From Thraustochytrium aureum (lineage: Eukaryota): a stretch of DNA of 38,003 bases. The DNA lies in NCBI GenBank assembly GCA_012862495.1, contig BLSG01000086.1, positions 147,612 to 185,614 on the forward strand. Reading direction: 5' to 3'. This document shows, one piece after another, positions 31,574 to 38,003 of this stretch. Below the pieces are notes generated by a model. That model saw only the letters and a list, made by a program, of their open reading frames with translations. It searched no databases and was not told the DNA's origin. The translations under genes and the position numbers were made by a program. Position 1 is the stretch's first letter. Each line of letters opens with the position of its first letter.

Positions 31574-34500
31574 TCAGTTGTTGTAGTCTGTCGCCTGCGA
31601 GGTCGGGCGCTTTGCTCGGCCATGGATGTACTTTTGCACGACGTTGTTCGAATCGGTCGATTGCGCCCCCGTATTCACGCCTTGGCTGCGCGCGACACGG
31701 CCGAAGAGAGCGATTCCGTACGCTGCCGAGAGGCGCGGGAAGAACGAGCACAAAAGGAGCCCCATCGCGCTGCAGAAAAGCGCGATGCTGATGAGCAACA
31801 TGTTGAGGACCGCGCTGAGATCGACAAGGAGCAAAAGCACCGCCAGAATGATCACAACAAAGGTGATGTTGAAGGCGGCAATCCACAGGTACCAAGACTC
31901 GAAAAACCGGCCGTCGCAGTCCTTGGTCTGGTAGGCGAAGAGGACGCTGATGAAAATGGCCATGATAAAGTAGACGCCCGCGACGATGGGGGCAGCCTCG
32001 CTGCTGTCAATGAGACACACTGTCGCGTTGTAAGTGACACCTGACGCCGCCAAAGTGGTCTCCATCGAAAATGTGTCTTGCGTGACGAGCCACGATACGA
32101 CGACAATAATGCACACCGCAAAGGAGATGAGCGGAGCGACCAAAAGGCGGCGGAACGGAACAAACAGCGTCTCCACGGACGGGTTGACCCAAATCCGGTA
32201 CCAGTACAGCACGCGCCCGAGCAGAAGCGAGAGGCAGGCCCCGACGGCCAAGAGCGTGTTCCACACGCGCACGGTGCAGGTTTCCTCCGTGTTGGACCCG
32301 ACGAGCGGCAAGATGGACAGGAACGCCCACATACAGGCTGCTGCGATCGCAAGCAGGTACCCTCGCTGGCCGCCTTTGAACTCGGCGTTGTTCCAGTTGA
32401 AAGCCAGGAGCATGACGAGGATGACAGCAACTGTCGTGCCGATCCACGCGAGAGCGGTGGCTGCCGCTGCTTCACCTGACCCGGACACGAGGAACTCGCA
32501 AGTTGCTGCGGCCTCGGGTGGGAGTTTGACCTCGGTGTCGTTGCAAAAGCAGGAGGCGTCGTTCGAGAGGCAGCGCTCGCCGTCGGCGTCTAGCCAGACA
32601 AACGTGATGGAGCGCGAGTTGTCCGCGCTACAGGCCGACACGGTCCACTCTTGGTACCTTGCTGAGCAGGTAGGGCGTGGAGAGGTGAAGGGGTTGAACG
32701 CGTGAAAGTGGTGCTCGGCGTTGATGGGATAGACCACGAACGGGTGAAACTCGGAGGCTGCCGTTGGCGCAGCCGCTTCCAGAGCACTGCCGTCGTCTTC
32801 GCTGTCGCTGCCGCCGAGGTGGTCGTGGTCATCAACCACGGCATTGGTCTCGGAGACAAACTGGTTTTGTGCCATGCTCGAGAGCCCGTAGGTCTGCCCG
32901 TTCGCGTCGAACCGGATCGAGCCCTCTGGGAGGATCGAGGGAACATCTGTGGCATTGAGCGCCGCGACGACGTCTTTGGTCCAGCCATCTGCTGGCGCAC
33001 TTGCCGCGGCGTGCACTGCCAGGAGCATGACCCGCATGGCCTCATATCCAGTCGCCCCGAACCAAGCGGGGGCGAGCTGCTCGTCGGGCTTGCGGAACAC
33101 GCTCGAGAGGCCACCGGTGACGAGCTCCTCGCGGGAGAGCANNNNNNNNNNNNNNNNNNNNNNNNNNNNNNNNNNNNNNNNNNNNNNNNNNNNNNNNNNN
33201 NNNNNNNNNNNNNNNNNNNNNNNNNNNNNNNNNNNNNNNNNNNNNNNNNNNNNNNNNNNNNNNNNNNNNNNNNNNNNNNNNNNNNNNNNNNNNNNNNNNN
33301 NNNNNNNNNNNNNNNNNNNNNNNNNNNNNNNNNNNNNNNNNNNNNNNNNNNNNNNNNNNNNNNNNNNNNNNNNNNNNNNNNNNNNNNNNNNNNNNNNNNN
33401 NNNNNNNNNNNNNNNNNNNNNNNNNNNNNNNNNNNNNNNNNNNNNNNNNNNNNNNNNNNNNNNNNNNNNNNNNNNNNNNNNNNNNNNNNNNNNNNNNNNN
33501 NNNNNNNNNNNNNNNNNNNNNAGTGACAAAGGCGGACTAGACTCGCTTGCGTCTCCGGGACTCCACCACAGACCTGCGAAACGTTTTCGAGAGAGAGCTT
33601 GACCTTGAACTGCCACTCGGAAGGGACGAAGCGCAGAATCTCGGCGACGTCTGCGACGTCGGTGCCGCGCGCCCCGTATGTGATCGTCTTGTAGGCGAGA
33701 TTGTACTCTGCAAGCTTGCGGTGCAAGAGGATAAAGTCTCTTGAGTGGGCGTCCACGAGCAAGGCCTGGGCAGCGTTTGGCCCAGTGCCTTCCCCGAGGC
33801 CCACCGTCGTTCGCATCCGCTCCACCTGAGCTGTAAAGTTGTCTGGGTCGGTAAAGACGTTGTACGGGAACGGTTCGTTGAACACGACCTTGAACTTGCC
33901 CCCGCTCGCTTGAGCGTAGCGGACGACCTCGTCGCGGTACTCCCAGCCGTGCTCGACGTCTTCGTATAGCAGTGCGACGTTGAGCGTGCTGGGCAAGGCG
34001 GTTCCGAGCTCGCCCTCGAGGAAGACCATCGTGGATTCGGCGAGCTCTGTGATGGGCGATAGGATGCCGAAGGCCATGTCATTGTCGAGGAAGATGCTGC
34101 TCGCGGCGGCACCTGCAGAGACGAAGGGGACGTTGCGCGCCTTGGCCCATTCGGCCTTGATCGGCTCGCGTGACGACGAGTAGCCACCGACGAGCACGAC
34201 CTCATTGCCTGCGGCAATGTGCTCCTCGTAAGTCTCGTTCATGATAGCATGCATTTTCTCCCGGTTTGACCCGAAGCCAGAAACGTCAATCATCTTCATC
34301 GTGATGGTGACCTCGTTCGTGGGCGGCGGCATCGGCAACGTCGCCGCGAGCTCCAGGCCGCCGCTGCCGCTCACGACGAAACGCTGCACGAGCTCTTCGC
34401 CTTGCTCGACCGTCAGGTTTACAAACTGGACGCCGCTCACTACCTCCACAAACGCCATACGGTAAGCGTGGCTGAAGTAGAACTCTTGGTTTGAGGGCGA

Positions 34501-34623
34501 CGCAGGCGAGAGCTGGAGGAAGGTGAGCACGGACACGTTCATCGCGGCACTAGGTTCTGTCAAGGCCCCGCCTGCTACGATCGCTGCGGCCGCGCAGCGC
34601 GCGAGGGAGCGCCAGCCTGTCAT
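31574..34623 (-). CDS. Class C (GABA-B-like) G-protein-coupled receptor: signal peptide, Venus-flytrap/LIVBP-like domain, Cys-rich linker and 7TM
   Basis: ATG at 34623 starts a signal-like MTGWRSLARCAAAAIVAGGAL. PBP type-1 motifs LVGGYSS..NVPFVSAGAAASSIF, VALLYEDVEHG and GSIRFDANG. Seven hydrophobic segments at 32460-31730 with class C hallmarks TCTVRVW, YRIW, AYQTK..FFES..IAAFN and FFPRL. Frameshift at 33579-33581 and gap at 33142-33521. Confidence 0.88.
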
Positions 34624-34666
34624 TTTCGCTGGCCGACCCGGCGCGCTTCCCTCTCCTGGTCTGGCT

Positions 34667-34714
34667 GGCAGCGACAAGGCAGCGACAAGGCAGCGACAGG
34701 GCAGCAGGGCAGCG
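34667..34714. repeat. 11-bp tandem repeat (GGCAGCGACAA) x3 plus degenerate copies, upstream of the GPCR start
   Basis: ggcagcgacaa ggcagcgacaa ggcagcgacag ggcagcag ggcagcg. Confidence 0.8.
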
Positions 34715-36393
34715 TCCGTTTCGTCGCGCTCGGCCCCCGGCGCGTCTGGTTGCGCTCTCCCTAGCCGACGTGCCGCCGCAGCCGGCAGTCAGGGCTCCTC
34801 GCGTTCGGGCCGCGTGTCCGGCTCGAGCGCCACCGCCGCGCGCGCGCTTCGCAGCGACCAGTTCGTTTGCCCTTTCCTCGCTCCCGCGACAGCGCCGCCC
34901 GCTGTTGTACCGGGGCCCTGGAGCGACCGCCGGCCGCCCTGCGCTTGCTCGTGGCCTCGGCTCTCGTTGCCGCTCTGCCCCGCTGCCGCGCGCCCGTCGT
35001 GGACCGCAGAGAGAGAGTGCTTTGCTCGTTGCAGTTCAGAGTCTTCAGACTGACCGTCTCGAGGGCTCCCTGCTGTGCTCACCTACTGGAGTCAGTTCCA
35101 AAGGGCCGTCGATCGACGATTAAACCGCCCGCCCCCAAGCGACGCCGGTTGCACCNNNNNNNNNNNNNNNNNNNNNNNNNNNNNNNNNNNNNNNNNNNNN
35201 NNNNNNNNNNNNNNNNNNNNNNNNNNNNNNNNNNNNNNNNNNNNNNNNNNNNNNNNNNNNNNNNNNNNNNNNNNNNNNNNNNNNNNNNNNNNNNNNNNNN
35301 NNNNNNNNNNNNNNNNNNNNNNNNNNNNNNNNNNNNNNNNNNNNNNNNNNNNNNNNNNNNNNNNNNNNNNNNNNNNNNNNNNNNNNNNNNNNNNNNNNNN
35401 NNNNNNNNNNNNNNNNNNNNNNNNNNNNNNNNNNNNNNNNNNNNNNNNNNNNNNNNNNNNNNNNNNNNNNNNNNNNNNNNNNNNNNNNNNNNNNNNNNNN
35501 NNNNNNNNNNNNNNNNNNNNNNNNNNNNNNNNNNNNNNNNNNNNNNNNNNNNNNNNNNNNNNNNNNNNNNNNNNNNNNNNNNNNNNNNNNNNNNNNNNNN
35601 NNNNNNNNNNNNNNNNNNNNNNNNNNNNNNNNNNNNNNNNNNNNNNNNNNNNNNNNNNNNNNNNNNNNNNNNNNNNNNNNNNNNNNNNNNNNNNNNNNNN
35701 NNNNNNNNNNNNNNNNNNNNNNNNNNNNNNNNNNNNNNNNNNNNNNNNNNNNNNNNNNNNNNNNNNNNNNNNNNNNNNNNNNNNNNNNNNNNNNNNNNNN
35801 NNNNNNNNNNNNNNNNNNNNNNNNNNNNNNNNNNNNNNNNNNNNNNNNNNNNNNNNNNNNNNNNNNNNNNNNNNNNNNNNNNNNNNNNNNNNNNNNNNNN
35901 NNNNNNNNNNNNNNNNNNNNNNNNNNNNNNNNNNNNNNNNNNNNNNNNNNNNNNNNNNNNNNNNNNNNNNNNNNNNNNNNNNNNNNNNNNNNNNNNNNNN
36001 NNNNNNNNNNNNNNNNNNNNNNNNNNNNNNNNNNNNNNNNNNNNNNNNNNNNNNNNNNNNNNGGCCGCTCGAGCTAGCAATAGTAGAAAACAAACACACA
36101 CGGATTGGGATTACGAAGACCGCGCTTGCAGAGACTGCTTGCCTGCCATGGCCCCAACACTCCCACGGGGAAAAACAATTGAAAAAGAAAGAAAACCAAC
36201 ACTCACCCGAACGGCGCAGCGGCCGCCCGGCGACCGAGGTGCGCGGCTGGAGATGGCAGTGCGGGCCTGAAAAGTCCGGCTGCCGAGGCCACGAAGGCTT
36301 GCTCGAGGGACAATCTGGCCTGCCGGGCGTTTCTGAGGTTGGCCACCCACACCTGAAACACGGCGCGCAGTCCCAGGGATCGCTCGCACTTGC

Positions 36394-36753
36394 TCACACG
36401 TCTGGCGACAAGACCGGCTGGCTGACCCGCCGAAACGAGAATATTGGAACCTTGTAGCGAAGCAAGCCGTATGGAGGATTTGGCGGTCCTTCGTTCCCGG
36501 GGTGGGGTGCCTGTTCGTTCACCTCCTCCTCGGCGTTGCCTCGCGGCCAGTTGAGGTAGCATATCGCGATGAAGAGCGCGATAGCACCGCATACAACGCC
36601 TGCAATGAGGCCCGTGTCGTCTTTCGGCTCGGCGCTCGCTCGTTGGAGCTGCCGAGCCGCTTGTTCAGCTACCGAACGAAATGCAGGCGTCGCGGCTTGG
36701 GCCGCGAGCGCTCGCAGACCTTCGCTCGCCATGCTCAAGCCCTGCTCGGCCAT
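36394..36753 (-). CDS. Hypothetical small single-pass membrane protein (~119 aa)
   Basis: From ATG 36753 the ORF contains one clear TM-like segment, GLIAGVVCGAIALFIAICYL, followed by an acidic/Pro-rich tail (PPNPPY). No family recognised. Confidence 0.45.
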   Translation of the reverse strand: MAEQGLSMASEGLRALAAQAATPAFRSVAEQAARQLQRASAEPKDDTGLIAGVVCGAIALFIAICYLNWPRGNAEEEVNEQAPHPGNEGPPNPPYGLLRYKVPIFSFRRVSQPVLSPDV

Positions 36754-37606
36754 CCAGTCGGGTCGCTCTGATGTGCGGGCACTGCGAGGGCCGGTACCGG
36801 TAGATGATAGATGCGACTTTCGGGTTTGCCACCCAAGACATGGCTTGGGTTTCCTTCCACAAGTGACAGCCGCAGGCAAGAAAGAGCAGTCCAAAGATGA
36901 CAGGTTTGGGGAAGGGCGCTCGTCTGCGCGACTGGGCTCGCCCAAGCCTTGCGCTCGCACGTGCGCGCCGAGGCAGTACTTACCGACTGTACCTACCTAC
37001 CTACTCCGGCCAAGTGCCAGCCGTAGTGCGCGTTGCCAACCGCTGGCAGGGGTTGGTGATCGCCTACTCTCATCATCACAGCTTCGAATCCCATCGAATT
37101 ACCGACATTCTCGCCTTCACGTTCACGTGCTGGGGGGCCTAGCGAGGTCTCGCCTGTCTGAGCGCGGACCGCACGCGCTGGCGTGCCAGAAGCAGTGGTA
37201 AGTAGTCGGATCCTCCTTGGTGATAGGCAGGCCTGCACTGGTTTGGCAACGAGATTCTGCGTCGAGCGCTTCCACTTCGCGTGCGAAATGGAGTGATCTC
37301 GACCCACGAACGTCGCAGCAACTCCAGCGACTCCGGGATATATTTACGAGCTTGGTATCTCGACGCCCCTCGGAATTTATACGTGTTTGTTTTTCTACGT
37401 GTGCTTGTACCCCCCAAGTTGACGGTACGCCGCGCTCGTGCCATGTGGTGGATGCCGATGCGCGACGCCGCGCAAGGGCACGTGTGCGCAGTTGCGCAGC
37501 CATCAGACGCGGGCGAGCCAAGCAAGGTGCTTTTGCCTGGTGACGACGGCCTGGCTGGATGCTGCGCGCAGAGATTTGTATCGCCCAGTTCTGTGCCACC
37601 AGCCAA

Positions 37607-37683
37607 TGCAACAACCAACGCCTTGCAACAACCAACGCCTTGCACAACACAACCAACGCCTTGCACAACACAACCAGCGCCTT
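37607..37683. repeat. Imperfect 17/21-bp CA-rich tandem repeat (~4 copies)
   Basis: tgcaacaaccaacgcct tgcaacaaccaacgcct tgcacaacacaaccaacgcct tgcacaacacaaccagcgcct. Confidence 0.85.
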
Positions 37684-37771
37684 CGCCTTGCGAGTTTTCT
37701 GTGCGGCTGGGGTTGGGAGTCTTGGGGCAGCGAAGGTGGTCTTTGGTCTGTTGGCAGGCGGCCCCAGCCTT

Positions 37772-38003
37772 CTATCGGCGAGCCGCGTCGAGCTGGCGAC
37801 GCAAGTCGCGGACCTCCATGGCCAGCGCGTCCTTGTCCAGCTTGATGCGGAGCAGCTCCGCTCGCGAGCGCTCCCCAGCCCCGCACGTATGCCGACGAGG
37901 TGGCCTCCTCCAGCACCTTGACGCGCGCAGACCTGCCCAAGGCGACCTGGTCCTTGAGATCGCGGATGCGCTCGTCCATGCTGCGCAAGTCTGCGTGCGC
38001 CTT
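37772..38003 (-). CDS. 3' end of a coiled-coil protein gene that starts beyond the window
   Basis: KAHADLRSMDERIRDLKDQVALGRSARVKVLEEA, then, after removing one base at CCCC 37879-37882, GERSRAELLRIKLDKDALAMEVRDLRRQLDAARR* with TAG at 37774-37772. Heptad-like pattern throughout. Confidence 0.6.
   Translation of the reverse strand, partial: RRTQTCAAWTSASAISRTRSPWAGLRASRCWRRPPRRHTCGAGERSRAELLRIKLDKDALAMEVRDLRRQLDAARR

Noticed and set aside
1371..36062. Long ORFs spanning N-runs, e.g. 1105-2280, 4353-5792, 34867-36270 and 35075-36457
   Set aside because: These are artefacts of N codons containing no stops. The flanking peptides are not protein-like.
37607..37683. CA-rich repeat as telomeric or coding sequence
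   Set aside because: The unit is irregular (17/21 bp), does not match telomere motifs, and lies downstream of the inferred stop at 37772, so it is probably 3' UTR.
5566..37882. Programmed ribosomal frameshifting, RNA editing or mass pseudogenisation
   Set aside because: Shifts go in both directions with no common slippery or stop motif, and they hit conserved genes whose motifs are otherwise intact. Homopolymer error in a gappy assembly is the simpler explanation.

Overview
This is GC-rich, gene-dense, intron-poor eukaryotic DNA from a gapped draft assembly with 12 N-runs. It most resembles a flagellated protist, and a stramenopile such as a thraustochytrid/labyrinthulomycete is my inference only. 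Gene order: S10 serine carboxypeptidase (+, 5'-partial); C2 domain plus GT28 sterol-glucosyltransferase-like gene (-); a ~13.3 kb giant chromatin-protein gene (+); roadblock/LC7 dynein light chain (-, with a 59-nt intron right after the ATG); DDM1/LSH(HELLS)-type SNF2 ATPase (+); ~8 kb Sfi1-like centrin-binding repeat protein with an N-terminal RanBP2-like zinc finger (-); divergent actin-related protein (+); class C/GABA-B-like GPCR (-); possible small single-pass membrane protein (-); 3' end of a coiled-coil gene (-). The giant gene has the DDT-WHIM1-WSD scaffold of ISWI partners plus about 6 bromodomains, Tudor, ARID, 3 HMG boxes, an AT-hook and a C-terminal AP2 domain. About 12 single-base frameshifts, nearly all at short homopolymers, fragment the ORF track and are best read as sequencing errors. 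The most interesting items are the giant chromatin protein with its duplicated unnamed module, its proximity to DDM1, the giant Sfi1-like protein, and the GPCR's Cys-rich linker. All domain calls come from motifs recognised by eye, with no database search.
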